Shown here: in pieces, positions 1-13,700 of the stretch | Position numbering within the stretch: the first letter of the stretch is position 1 | Layout of the letters: each line of letters starts with the position of its first letter | Assembly: GCA_043228905.1 (NCBI GenBank) | Contig: JBHGNT010000010.1 | Location: 16,306,001 to 16,370,000 of the forward strand | DNA from: Azolla caroliniana | Lineage: Eukaryota > Plantae > Polypodiophyta | Reading direction: 5' to 3' | DNA length: 64,000 nt | Position numbers and translations under genes: made by a program | The notes under the pieces: model-generated | Seen by the model: the letters and a program-made list of their open reading frames with translations, nothing else | Database searches by the model: none | Told to the model about the DNA's origin: nothing

Positions 1-484
1 CTTCGTTTAGGTAGCTCCCAAAGACGTTGGATAAATGTCATTGATCGAAACAATGCCTCGGTTATTATAGGTGCTGCTCCCACCTCTTCCCGGATTTTAT
101 CGTGGGGCACCTATGCTTTGCTCCTTATCATGCGAGCAATCATTGACACTAAAGGTCTCTCTAAATCTTTCCAATGATTTGCCTTGAGTACCTTCTTTCA
201 GGGAACTTCCAAAGCTGTTGGAGACTGGTCACTGATGGGAATATTGCCTTGATGATTATTGAGGCCGCTCCCTTATCCTGCCCAATTTATATCATGTTCC
301 TTATCATGCAATCAATGAGACTAAATGCCTGTCTAAATCTTTCCAGTTATCTTGAGAAGAGGGTAAGAGTTTAGAGGATCCACTGATGCTTTTGTTCCTT
401 ATCATGCAGGCAATCAATGAGACTAAATGCCTGTCTAAATCTTTCCAGTTATCTTGAGAAGAGAGTAAGAGTTTAGAGGATCCA
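1..484 (-). mobile_element. RTE-like LINE internal fragment with local tandem duplications
   Basis: Colinear with 53650-53815 and 60860-60990; ~90-bp unit duplicated at 295-382 and 393-484. Confidence 0.7.
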
Positions 485-1352
485 GCACAATATGCCTATT
501 GGTATCAAAATCTTGGCAGCCCATTAAGAAAGATGCTTAGAAGATTTTCTGCAGCATATCATATAGGCTTTTACACTCCAACCCACAAGACTGAACAAAC
601 CCTGAGCTTGTTCATGAAAATCCTAATATCTGAAAAGAGCAGATAAAAACAATAGATCAGAAAATCTTGCTGTTGAATCAGAAAAGGATCAAATTCAAAA
701 CCCCAAAATTTTATTGGAAAATAACAGATCAGAAGCCCTAAATCTATAATCAGCTGACAGTCACCAGAATTCCTAGTTTTTGGCATAGTAGAGGTTGATG
801 CTCTCTTCATGAGACATTGTTTTTTCTCTTAAAATATCCTATTTAGCTGCGAAATCTTGTCTGCATGCTGGAATTCCAAATGGTGGTTTTGCTAGCATTA
901 ACTAGCCTCGACAAACTCAAATGTCCAAGCATTACTGCCGTTGACATATATCTTAACTGTTAATGAGGAGACCCTCAATATTAATGTCCAATTTAAAATA
1001 TATCACTCAGGTTCCTAACTATCCATTTCAAAATTTGACTATATCATCTCACAGTGACACATCCGTCGTCACTCTTGACATTTTACTAGTCAATGAATGT
1101 ACATGTTAGACCTTTGCCGTGGCCCCAATCACCATGCTTACAGCACACAATTGCTAGTGACTCAGCCTTGTTCACAAGTGAAAATTGTTGATTCACACAA
1201 CCTTAAATATACCACTTAATGCTTAGGAAGTACATAATTTCTTACTCATGAAGTGACTGCCATATTACTTTTTCATGCAAAGAGCTTAAACCTACGTGTG
1301 GTAAAATAAATTGCAACAATTTGATGTTAGATATACCTTATGAAGTATCTTC

Positions 1353-1500
1353 CAAGAGGAAAAGAAAGATACATTAACATATTTTAAGTGACTAAAATGG
1401 ACGATAAGACCAAACAAGAGATTACGTCTTAAAATGCATATATTTGTGTAAAATGAAGTGTTTGTAGGACTCTAAAGTGTGCACATTGCTCCATGCATTT
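1353..1500 (-). mobile_element. LINE 3' end fragment
   Basis: AAGAAAG..TAAGACCAAACAAGAGATTAC motif shared with 6220, 52345, 59750 and 61503. Confidence 0.6.
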
Positions 1501-1788
1501 TTCTAGAATATGAACAAGCAGCATATGCAATATAGGTGTCGTACTGAAAGGATAATAGCATATGAACGAGTTGTATTAGAAGGTTTCTTTGCGTGAAAAT
1601 TGTTTAGAATGCTTTATGGAAGGATATCATCTCTATGTTATTGTAAATGGTTTTTTTTGGACTTTTAAAGAAAAAGTAAGTGGGATCTCTAAGTAATTGA
1701 ACTATTAATTGAGGACCTTGATTAGCTGCACTCTTTAGTATGTCCTTACACTATTTTAACTAGCGTGCAATGAATGTGCTATTTTCAG

Positions 1789-4700
1789 GATTTTCTATTT
1801 AATGAGCTACACCAAGTGAAAGAAATCTATCCTCATGGCTTCCATGGCGTTGATAGAGAAGGAAGGCCTGTGTACATTGAAAGATTAGGGAAAGTTGACC
1901 CTTACAAACTTGTCAAGGTTACCACAGTGGATAGATTCTTGAAATATCATGTCTTAGAGTTTGAGAAGACATTCAACATAAAGTATCCAGCATGTTCAAT
2001 TGCAGCAAAAAGGCATATAGACTCAACTACCACTATCCTTGACGTTGCTGGTGTGGTAATTAGTTCCTGTCTTCTTTGTTTCCTTCATAGTTAGGACCGT
2101 TGGTAATAAGAATGAACCAATTATGGAAAAATGATCAAGAAACAAAGACATAATCTGGGGCTAACGGATCTAGAGATCAGTAGGATTTGAGAATATGAAA
2201 AAGAATATTTTATTTTGGTTTCTTAATGTGAGACCTCTAGACCACCAGCTTAACACATATGGATTGCCAATAAACCCATTACCCCTAAATCTAATCGCCC
2301 ACTTTAAATGGTTATTCAATGTATATTGATTCTGAGATAGTATAACAATTGAAATTTAATGTTTTGGTCGAAAATTTGTGTTCAAAGTCATTGTGATTAT
2401 GATTGAGTTCCCTATGGAAATGCTGTGATGTCAGGCTTCTTATATTTGTAGGGTATGAAGAACTTTTCCAAGAATGCACGGGACCTTATGATGAGCATCC
2501 AAAAAATTGATGCAAATAATTATCCAGAGGTAATTGTTGTTTGAGGCCTTCAACATACTCTCTCTAGACCTTTTTTCTCGCTAGATTCATTTTACTTCAA
2601 CATTTGTTTTATTCAATTTTCTTTCCTCTACGTCACTACACCTTATTATGCTTCTAGTCATATTTTATTCCCTTCCATAAATGCATCAGTTTCAACTCCT
2701 CTCATTTTTGTATTTCAAGGCGTTGATGCCTCATTAGGAAATTTGGTTATTGTTTACTCTTTTTTCTCTGCTGTTGCTAGCCTCTTTGTTACCTTACTAC
2801 AATTCATAACAATTTTCTCATATGGTATCACAGTAGTGAGGTCTCCATAATGTCCACTATTTTTTTCCCTATCCAACTTCGTCTTCTTTGAGCAGCCAGC
2901 AATCCACCCTACAAAGGAGGCCCTCCGAACAACCATATTTAGTCCCACTTAAATTATCATTCAAGTAGGTCACCCTTTGTGCACCTACTCACAACAATAT
3001 ATTTACATCTCCAAAGGAGGGATTACATGGCTTCCAATGTCACCATTCCTCAACTTCCCAAGAAGTCTATTCTAGATGGAATCAACCATCTATTTTGTGA
3101 ATCACAGATTATGACCCTATTGCAATACCATCATTTGTATTGCTGAATGAATCAAGCCCAATCGTAAGGCAACTTCTGTCATTCCATCTTTATCACTCAC
3201 ACAAGCTATACTTGTCTCTTGGTTTGATAAAGTTGGTTGTGCTCATGCTTTCATGCTCTTCAACATGAGGCTTCAAGTTACTCGTCAGTTTTTTTGGCAA
3301 AGATGATGATACCACTAAAGGTTGTGGAATATAATCCAACAACGGTATCATAGAGCCAAAACCAATAGCAACCATGCTTGATTTAGATGATGTAGTTACA
3401 AGTTAAAGACTTTTGATTTTACAACAAGTTCTGAGAAGTTGAAGTATGATTGAAGATGACGCTAAACAGTGAAAACAAAGTTTGTTTGTCCTTTTTAGAT
3501 GAATGCTTAACTACATTTGAGATCCTTTTTGGCGAAAGTTGAAGCGACAAAAGGATATTTAAAGATGATAAAATGTATCCTTGGATTGGAATGCAACATT
3601 GAGCTAATGCAATGTCCATGCCCTTTTGGAATGGAACAATTGAATAGGAATAAAAGAAAGGATGGTTTAGGTTGGGTTGATGGTGCAATGGCATGTGACA
3701 GATCTTGTTCTAGATACACATATCGATGAACTTGGGTAGAACCTGATTATACCTTTTCAACACTTCATTATATGATAAGGATTTTCAACAAGTTATTGAA
3801 ACTTCATATCGAGTATGCTTTCCCAATGAAACCTCAAGAAAGGCCAAAGAAGAATTTACAAAAATCGAAGATATCTTTTATTCCCTAGGCAAATGTGGAG
3901 GCAATGTGACGGTACTCAAGGATACTCAAATATTGGGTTAAAATCATGAAGTCACACAAACCATTACAATAAGTGTTGGAAATCATAATGCTGCTTTATG
4001 AATTATTCAAACAACAACTACAAAGCTCAATGAATCTATGTATAGAAATAAATGATACGCCATGGATATCGATCTTAATGTTGTCTGTAAAAACATATGA
4101 ATACAGGGATGGCCCATGTTTAATAAGATGGAACAAGTTTTAATGCTTATTTAATATTGACCAAAGAACAACGATCAAGGTTGCAATCTGTGGTTATAGA
4201 TGTTACTCATTGAAACTAGTGAGAAGCAATCATCACACATTATGTAGTAGTTTATTATGCCCTTTTTTCTATTGATATGCTAGAATCTAGTGTGATTTTT
4301 TAGTTTTACACTTTATATTAAATAGTGATGGTCCATATATGGAAGCAAATTGCAACTCTTTATATATGTGAAGTATGCAAGGCTTTAAATAATCAAACAA
4401 GGGTTGGGGGATGTATTTTAAGAATACACATCATTATTAAGTTTATGCCTTGATCTTAACTGACTATGGGGAGTTTCTAAGTGTCATTCATTATATTGTG
4501 GCTAGGGTGGTGAGATTTTAAGTGCAATTCCAAGTCCGGTCATTGGGGGTATAGCCTAACCAATCCACGAGGTAGTAAAGCTTGTTATTCAAAATCTTAT
4601 ATTTCAAAATAGTAACGACTTTCCAAATTCTAGACCATCAACAAGTTGGCTAGAGATGTGCCTGGAACAACTGGATTTGGAATGGAGCTAGAAGCATATG

Positions 4701-7700
4701 GTTAACAACAACAAGACATGGAACATTGATATGGAAATGCATATGTGGATGGAGATCAAGATGAAATTTTACGTGATTGATTTGATTGGAGGTCTCAAAC
4801 GGATCAAGATATTGATAGCCTAGCTTGTCACATGGCCTGGTGGTTTAATAGCCATAGACAATCCCCAATTCAAAATGTAGGTTCCTCAAGTGAGGAGTAG
4901 AGATGATGACGATCTAACCTTCTTGGGTGTTTCTTTAGCTTTATGAAAATGTTGGGAAAGTTCGACTTGAATTTTCTGGAGTTGAAGTATATGCTCCTCA
5001 ACAATAAGAGGGAGATACCATTGCCTCTTTAAACAAGGCTTTGGCACATGACACAAGGTAATGGAATATGAGGATCAATGGTGCTTGGGACTTTTTTTGC
5101 TAGAACTCCAGAGCCACATGGAAAAGTTGTTGAAGGACAACCATACAACTACTCAAGCTCATCAACAAAGAACAAATCACAACTTTCTTTAGCCCCATTA
5201 CTCCTACTCATGCAACAATTTAATTAAGGGCCACACAAATGGGATCCCGACCAGGACATAACATAGGGGTTATGATAGATCAGGCAATAGCAATGTTGGT
5301 CTTATAGGCCATTTTGGAATCTTAAAAGACGTTATATTTCTTTCTTTCTTTCTTTCTCAGGGTAAGTTTGTTGTTTCATTCTAATTCTTAAATATGATTG
5401 TCGTTTTGTTCTAGGCCATTGTGATTTTTTGGTGATGTCAAATATATTTCTACTTTTTTCTATGTATTATTATATCTTTCTTTCCATAGCTCGATAGATT
5501 GATATTCTCCTTTTGGTACAGACTCTTCATCAATTGTTCATTATCAATGCAAGCACTAGTTTCAAAGTATTGTGGAATTCAATAAAATCCTTTATAGATC
5601 CGAACACAGCATCCAAAATTCATGTGAGTTTGAGATATTCTATTATTTCTTGAAGATTATGAATTTGTTCTTTATAGCAATTGTTTTAGACCAACCAATG
5701 CAATTAGGATGTTTGGTAACTCACTTGAGGGTATGGATTCGTCCTGCTTGGTGGGTTTTTCATTGTTGAGGGGGTGAATCCATGGCTGGCTCCACTCTGC
5801 ATTAGGGTGGCATAGAAAAAGAGAACAAGAAAGAAGAGAGACACAAACTATTATATTCTGATTAATCAGACAATAGCCTTTTAACACTGCCAAACATTAT
5901 TCTTGAATAGGCTTTTGGCATATGAATTTTGTCCATAAGCCTGAGAAAACTGTTATTAATTGTAATAAGGTGGTGAAGAGGCTAGCAGCAACAGAGAAAT
6001 AAACTAAGCAAGAACTAAATTTCCTAGTGAAGCGCAAAACCTTTAAAGACAAAAATGAGAGCGAGGTTTGTAATAGATGCATTTATGAAAGGGGATAAAA
6101 TATCCTAGGAGCATAATGATGAGTTAAGGTAGTGGAGAAAAAATGATGCTGTTGATGTTGTAATGTAGTGTTAGGTCCAAAAAATCAAATCAAATAAATG
6201 CTGGAATAAAGTGAATCTAGAGAAGAAAAAAAGAAAGGTATATTAACATCTTCTAAGAGGCAAAAATGGCCTCTTAGACCAAACAAGAGATTATATCTTA
6301 AAGTGTTGTCTCATATTTGAGAACAACAAACCAAAGTAAATGTTGCAAAGTACGAAAGGAAATAAAATAGAATTAAGGCGTGACTAAAGGATCTTGTCTT
6401 CTATACATATGAGATTCTTGTCTTCGAAAGATCAGTAGCATAGGTTGATCCAGAACAGAGAGGTCTCTAAAGCGTGGAAGCACCTGTGGTATCAGGAGAT
6501 GACAGCCTTATCCATTGATGAAAAGGGTGGTGAGATAGTGGTCCATGAGCTGTGACCTATGTGCACAACTTTTGCATTGCCTGATCTATTGCAACCCCTT
6601 TGTTATTCATGGTCGGGAGCCCATTTGTGTAGCCCTTTATAGGCTTGTGGCATGAGTAGGAGTGATGAGGCCAAAGAAAGTTTTGATTTCTTGGTTGACG
6701 AGTTTGTATGGCTGTATTGCTGTCCTTCAACAACTTCTCCATGTGTCTCGTAAGTTCTAGCAAGAAAAGCCCCAGGCATCGTTCGTCCTCATATTCCATT
6801 TCCTTCCAATCCCTTGCTTAAAGAGGGGATGGTATCTCCTTCTTATTTCTTCTTCTCTGTCCACTTCATCAAGACATGTCAAGTCAGCCTCGACAAATCT
6901 TCCATAATGAATTCCGCTAATATTGCTTTCTCAAACTCGGTCCATGTCGTCTTCCCTTCTTGAAACTCAATAACCCACCTGTGGATGTTGTTGGTGACAA
7001 CTCTCTTGAAACTTGCGATTTGACGTGCTTCAGACACGTCCCTCTTATTCATCACCCTTTTGTATGCATGAAGGAACTTCATAATGTTCCTTCCATCAAA
7101 TTGACCAACAATCTCTATGATGCGATCGATAGCTTTCTCCATGCTCGCATCGTTGTCCCGAGATCTCATCATTTGTTTGACAATTATCATCATCCTTTCG
7201 AACTTCCCCACTTGATTGCTTGAGGATGTCATTTCCAAATATAGATCGATCATTGTCTTGATCCTTCCTACCGCTTGTTCACGTCGGGTTCACCACGAAA
7301 TATGTCGAGGAAATCCTCGCACGTTCGCGAAATGAAGCGGAACTGCAGGGGTCCTGGACCGGAAGGATTTGATGGTTGTACTAGCTTTAGCGAGAAAGTA
7401 TTTAAGATAGATATAGAGGGATTGAGACATCCGGAAGTTCTAATTCAAATACAGATTGAGAGTGAGATTTTGACCCTTCACTTCAATTTTTGAGGGACAA
7501 GATACATCACCAAAAGGATAACTAGATTTATTTTTATTTATTTTTTGATTCAGTACATAGCTTCCTTGATCAATTCATTGATTCCCCTTTTCCTCCACTC
7601 TTTTATAGATGCTCCCATGCATATGATGCATGTGAGTGTGCAAGACATGCATACAATGCATGTAATGCATGAAATGCATGTTTGCCATTTAGCGCTCATG

Positions 7701-10700
7701 CATTACATGTGATGCATGATAACCATGTCATTCATTCAAGCTCTCATGTATGAGAATTTACATATGAAAAGGTATAATGAGAAAAATACACCATTTTAAG
7801 AAATTACTTGGCTTTCTGGTAAGTCAATTATGTTATGTAAGGTTGTCCCTCCTTGTGGGAGAGTCGGCTGACCGATATCGGTCAGAAAGCCGAAACAAGA
7901 GTTGGTTGGCCGAAATCGACCGAAAAAGCTGAAACGAGACTCGGCAAGCCAAAATCCCAAAAAAGCCGAAACGAGAGTCGGTAGGCCGAAATCAGTCTGA
8001 AATCCAAAACGCGAGTTGGCTGGCCGAAATCAGTTAGAAAGCCGAAATGAGAGTCAGTTGGCCAAAATTTACCAAAAAAGTCCAAACGAGAGTCAACTAG
8101 CCGAAATAGGTCTGAAAGCCAAAACAAAAGTCAGTTCGCTAAAATTGACGGGAAAGCCAAAATAGGATTCGATCAAACGGTAGTCGGCCGAATAGAAGTT
8201 CAAACGCATATATATATGTGAGATAAGTTGGTATATATATAGCGAGAGTCGTATTAGCTGCATATATATGTGGGATAATTCACTGAGAAAAAACAGTGAG
8301 AAAAGCGCGATAGTGAACCCTTCTCGGTTTTCTCCTTTCCACGTGATTTTCACACCGTTGCCGAAAATCTTCATGACAACGGCACATACCCGATCTGAAG
8401 AGGAGTCTGGTCTCCATCGGCATGCTAGCCGAAGACGGGTACCAAACAACTCTAAATGAGTTGACATGGGTGATCAGCCGAGGTAACCTCAAAATCGGGA
8501 GTGGGCACAAGTACAACAACCTATACCCATTAATGGCGATCAACCCTGAAGGGGGCGTGAAAGTAGCTAAAAAGACAGACCCAAACCTATGGCATGGCCA
8601 ACTCGATCATATGTCTCAAGCCGAACTTGATCGGCTGATGGTGGTTGGCTACATCCCAAAACTCCAAGCGAAGACGGACTTCTGCGAGCATTGTCGATAT
8701 GGGAAACAGATCCGAAGTCCGCATTCTCTCTACTACGAGACAGTAAGACTGCCCCTGGAGCTCGTGCACACAGATGTTTGTGGACCTATGCTACAACGAT
8801 CACTAGGTGGCTCCCGGTACTTCATCATATTGTATAGATGACTGCACACGAAAGGTCTGGGCCTACTCCATCCGGTCCAAAGAAGAAGCACTCGAAGTCT
8901 TCACTCAATGGATAACTGAAGTGACAATCGGTTTGGATACAAAGTGAAGACACTCAGATCCGACAACGAAGGGGAATATACCTCCAGAGCCTTCAAACAG
9001 TATTTGTCTGTCAAAGGGATCAGGCATCAAAAGACCATTCCTTGCACACCCTTTGATAAGTGACGACCAACAACAGTTTAAAGAACCTCAACTTTGATAC
9101 TAGATGTTGGAGATGAGACCATAAGTGCAGAAACAAAAGCAGCATGTAGGTGTTGAAGAACACCAAGTTGATGATAGCAGAATCAGATCAACATATTGAT
9201 AATAGAACAAACTAATAACTATATTATTCAAACGTTACAATACAAAGAATGGTTACCATTACAAACTAGTTGTTGAGTGAGCAAGCTCAACCGGACCCGA
9301 ATCGGCTTAATAAGCCAAAGCCGGATCTACATCTGGAACGGAGACCCGGATAAGTACCTAGATCGGTGTCTAGATAGATCGGTATCCGGAACCTAGAGCC
9401 AGACCGAAGAATTGAATCGTACTCTGGAATAGTGAGAACTGGTAGGCCATTGGAGCCTAGTACGTAGGCTTACTTCTTGGAGTCAGTGTCAGTCACTCGT
9501 ATGAGCATTCAAGTACATGTTAGTGCTTCAATCAGTCCTTTTAAGGACTTGTATTAAAAGGTGTTATGTAGGGAATTTGTATATACAGAGTGTTGTTATT
9601 TTGAATACAATTTATGTTTTTCTCTCTCTATCTCTCTGCCGTCAAGGAGATCCTCGCGTGTCCGTTAGGGCCCTAGACCAGAAGGATTTGAAGCTTTAGC
9701 GAGAAAGTATTTAAGATAGATATAGAGAGATTGAGAGACGAAGATTCCAATTATAAGACAGATTGAGAGAGAGAGAGAGAGAGAGATTGCACCCTTGACT
9801 TCAATTTTGAAAGACAAGATATATCACCAATAAGATAACTAGATTTTATTATTGTTTATTAATTCAGTACATAGCTTTCTTGATCAATTCCTTCATGATC
9901 CTTTTCTTTTCCTTCCCCTCTTTTCTAGATGGCCCCCATATTTATGATGTATGTGAGGGTGCAAGACATACATACAATGCATGTTTGCCATTTGGCGCTC
10001 ATGCATTACATGTGATCCATGTCACTCATTCAAGCTCTCTTGTATGAGAATTTACATATGAAAAAGTATAATGATGAAAATCTAACTTTTTAAGAAATGA
10101 CTTGGCTTTGTGGTAATTGTTGCCTTCCTCTCCGGAGGTGACACCTTTGATTCCTAACCGAAATCGAACCAAGGGATTGTGGTACGTGGTGGTCAGATTG
10201 CTTTTACGAAACGGGATGACACCCTATAGATTACGTAAGAGGACACCTCGGGTTATACATACACGATAGGGAGAGGTAGATTACTTAACAATGATTGAAA
10301 GCAAACAATGACAAAAAATAGACCCAACACTGTTTAGATTACAGAAATGAGTACTGATTACAGTTACACGGCTATCTGCTGGAATGTATCAGATACATTG
10401 TAGGAGGATTAATTACATAGTACCCTCAAACTTCTCTCGTATAGGTCTCCCAACATGCCCGTGGGATAGTGCGTTGGCATGTCGAACCCAACAAATCGAA
10501 ATTTCCAACAATCGGATGAAGAGGAGGTGAAAACAAGTGCCATAACCATGGCAAGATCGTAAGAGGAGGAGGAAGAAGAAGTGATGGTGGACATCCATTA
10601 CTCTCGGCCTCACTGGGCAAGAGCGACAACAGAGACGCCGGTGAAGATCGGAGAGAAGAAAGAGACCGTGGTAGCCTTGATTGACCATGGTTTGGAGATC

Positions 10701-13700
10701 AACCTCATGTCAACCGAATTCTACAAGAAAGGAAGATGGCTGATCAACACAAACCACGAATGGAAGATACGAGAGGCAACGAAGGCCACGGAAGACCTGT
10801 ACGGAGCTTGCCCCAATGTTAAAGTCACGATCGCAGATGTGTGTCATGATATGGCAAGACTCGAACCCATGACCCTATGTTACATGGGTCGAGTTCTTAC
10901 CATTAGACTATGAATTGTAATACATAGGATATTATTTTCATTTATGCTTTATCATAGAAAATTGATGTATATTCCAGATCTCTCTAGAACATTCTAGAAG
11001 CTTCAGGATTATTCCTGAGAACACTATAAAAGAGGGCACTAGGCATTATGTTGAACCAAATTGGTTCAACGCCAGTCTTAAGCCTCTTAGCCACTTTGTA
11101 CTTATCTTTTCACATAATATATTAGTTGTTGTCATCATCTTTCTCTCTCTCTCATTCTCGCTATCTCTCTCTCTCCTCTTCTTACTTCCTCTCTCGGGAA
11201 TCTTACGCAGTCCCGTCCTCTTAGTACTAATAGTACTGCTCTTCTTTAGTACTAATTCCATCTCTGCTTTAGTACTATTCCTGATAGTTTGAACCAATTT
11301 TCCTCCAGCCTACTTGTCGTTCTCCCTCATCCTCCTACCCTTTTCCCTATACTATGGCTACTGTTAGCGCTTAAGAATATCAATCCGTTTTCTCCAAGCT
11401 ACAGTGCCTAAAAGAAAAGTTTGTTGCCCTGGAACAAGAAAACCAACGGTTGATAGGGGATCTGCAACAAATCGCTCTAGAAAAACAACAAACGCAACAA
11501 CAACATGGGGAGTTAGCGGTACGGGTACAACAACTCGAAGCAGCGTTGCAACAACAAGGATCAAGTCCCCAAGGATTTCATAAAGAGCCCAAGATTGGAC
11601 TTCCTGTGAAATTTGATGGAACGCGATCGCAATTCCGGGGATTCCTTAATTAGGTACGCTTAGTCATCTAGATGCATCCTTCCCGATAATCCCACTGATG
11701 CATCTTGAGTCGGCCTAATAGGCACATTACTTAGTGGCTCAACCTTGGCATGGTTCGCTCCGCTTCTAGAAAAACAATCACCCTTGCTTAATAACTTTGA
11801 AGATTTTATTGGTGAGTTTAAAGCCTGCTTTGGAGATACCGACAACATCAGGATGGCGATCAACAAGATCCGAAGATTGCGTCAAGGCGATCGTCCAGCC
11901 TCTGCCTACGCGGCGGATTTCCGTCTACTCGCCTCAGATATCCCCTGGGATGATCAGGCCCTCATGGACCAGTTTCGCTTTTAACCTTCCCCGAAGAACC
12001 AAAGTCTCTTACGGAGGCAATCAATCGAGTGGTCCGATGCGACAACCGCCTTTTCGAACGGCGTTCGGAACGTCAGTTACAAATACCACGCTCTCGACCG
12101 GAACCCACATACGCCTCAGTCACGGCTAAACCGTTTGCATGCGATGTACCTCAAGCCAATATTCCGACACCAATGGAGATCGACACCATGCGTCGACGCG
12201 GCCCATTATCGGAAGAAGAAAAGCAACGACAACGTGCCAATCGATTATGTCTTTATTGCGGTGGACCAGGGCATATCGCCATCAATTGTCCCCATAGGCC
12301 AAGAAGACAGGTAAATCAAATCGTCGCCTGTACTACACCCGAGTAAATTCTTCCGTTCGGAGTGTCTGATAGTATTAATAGTACTAATAGAGTGTCAGAT
12401 AGTATTCATAGTACTAATAGCCCAAGTATCTCAAACAAATTTGAAATCCTTAGTCAATTAGATGAAGAGTTAAATGATTGAGTTCAACCAAAATAGGAGC
12501 CGTTTGGTTGGACAACAACCCTAGATTTGTACAACCCATTAGTGGTTCCATTCCTTCCAAGCAAGTTAGCAATGTGTTCCTAGCCCAAGTCATTGTTAGT
12601 ACTAAAAGTACTCCCCCAGTACCCATCCGAGCACTTTTAGATTCCGGAGCTAATTCCTGTTTCATGGATCGAAATTTTGCCCAAGCTTCTCAGATATCCT
12701 TAAGAAAACTTCCTTGTCCCGCATCTGTAGTAGTCATTGATGGTTGTCCCATTGCTTCCGGGAATATTGTAGAAGAATCAAAACCCATTCAAGTTGTCCT
12801 AGGTAGTTTTGTGTGTGTAGTATCATTTAATATAATTAGTAGTCCAGAGCATCCCATTGTCCTAGGATTACCTTGGTTTGAATTACATAATCCAGCCATA
12901 GATTGGAGAACAAGAGAAGTCCGATATCGACCACCCCAAGAATCTACTCACCGAGTTTCGACCATTTCACTCCATCAATTATGCGAAGAAGGACACAAGG
13001 AGGCAATGTTCCTATTTGCAATATCAGTACATCCTTCCAGCACTATTAAGAAGGACTCCTCAGTACAACTTCCGGCAAAATATCATCCTTATGACGATGT
13101 ATTTGACAAGGTGAAAGCCGGTACCCTTCCTCATCACTGTCCCTATGACTGTCCCATCGATTTAGAACCAGGAACCGAGCCACCATGGGAACCAATTTAC
13201 AACTTGTCACCCACCGAGTTAGAAGTCCTTCGAGCCTACATAGAGGAGAACTTGGCAAGCGGGTTCATCCGTCATTCGAAATCTCCGGCCGATGCACCCA
13301 TCTTCTTTGTCAAGAAGAAAGATGGCTCACTTCGTCTCGTCGTTGATTACCGCGGATTGAATAAGGTCACCATCCGGAATAGGTATGCACTTCCTCTTAT
13401 ATCAAGTCTTTTAGAGCGAGTTAATGGTGCCAAGTTTTTTACCAAAATCGATCTACGAGGAGCGTATAACCTCGTGCGGATCCGACCGGGAGATGAATGG
13501 AAGACCGTCTTTCACACACGGTATGGGCATTTCGAGTATACTGTTATGCCGTTCGGCCTAACCAATGCAGCCGCAGTCTTCCAACACATGGCAAATGATA
13601 TATTCAGAGACCTCTTGGATATCTGTTTGATCATCTATCTGGATGATCTATTGATTTATTCGAAGACCCAAGAACAACACGATTCTCATGTACTATTAGT

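Noticed and set aside
2760-4900. Possible hAT transposase remnant in SFH intron
   Set aside because: No motif could be read with confidence; needs a translated search.
10852-10915. Functional tRNA gene
   Set aside because: A/B boxes are present but there is no convincing acceptor stem or canonical anticodon arm; reported only as a tRNA-like module.
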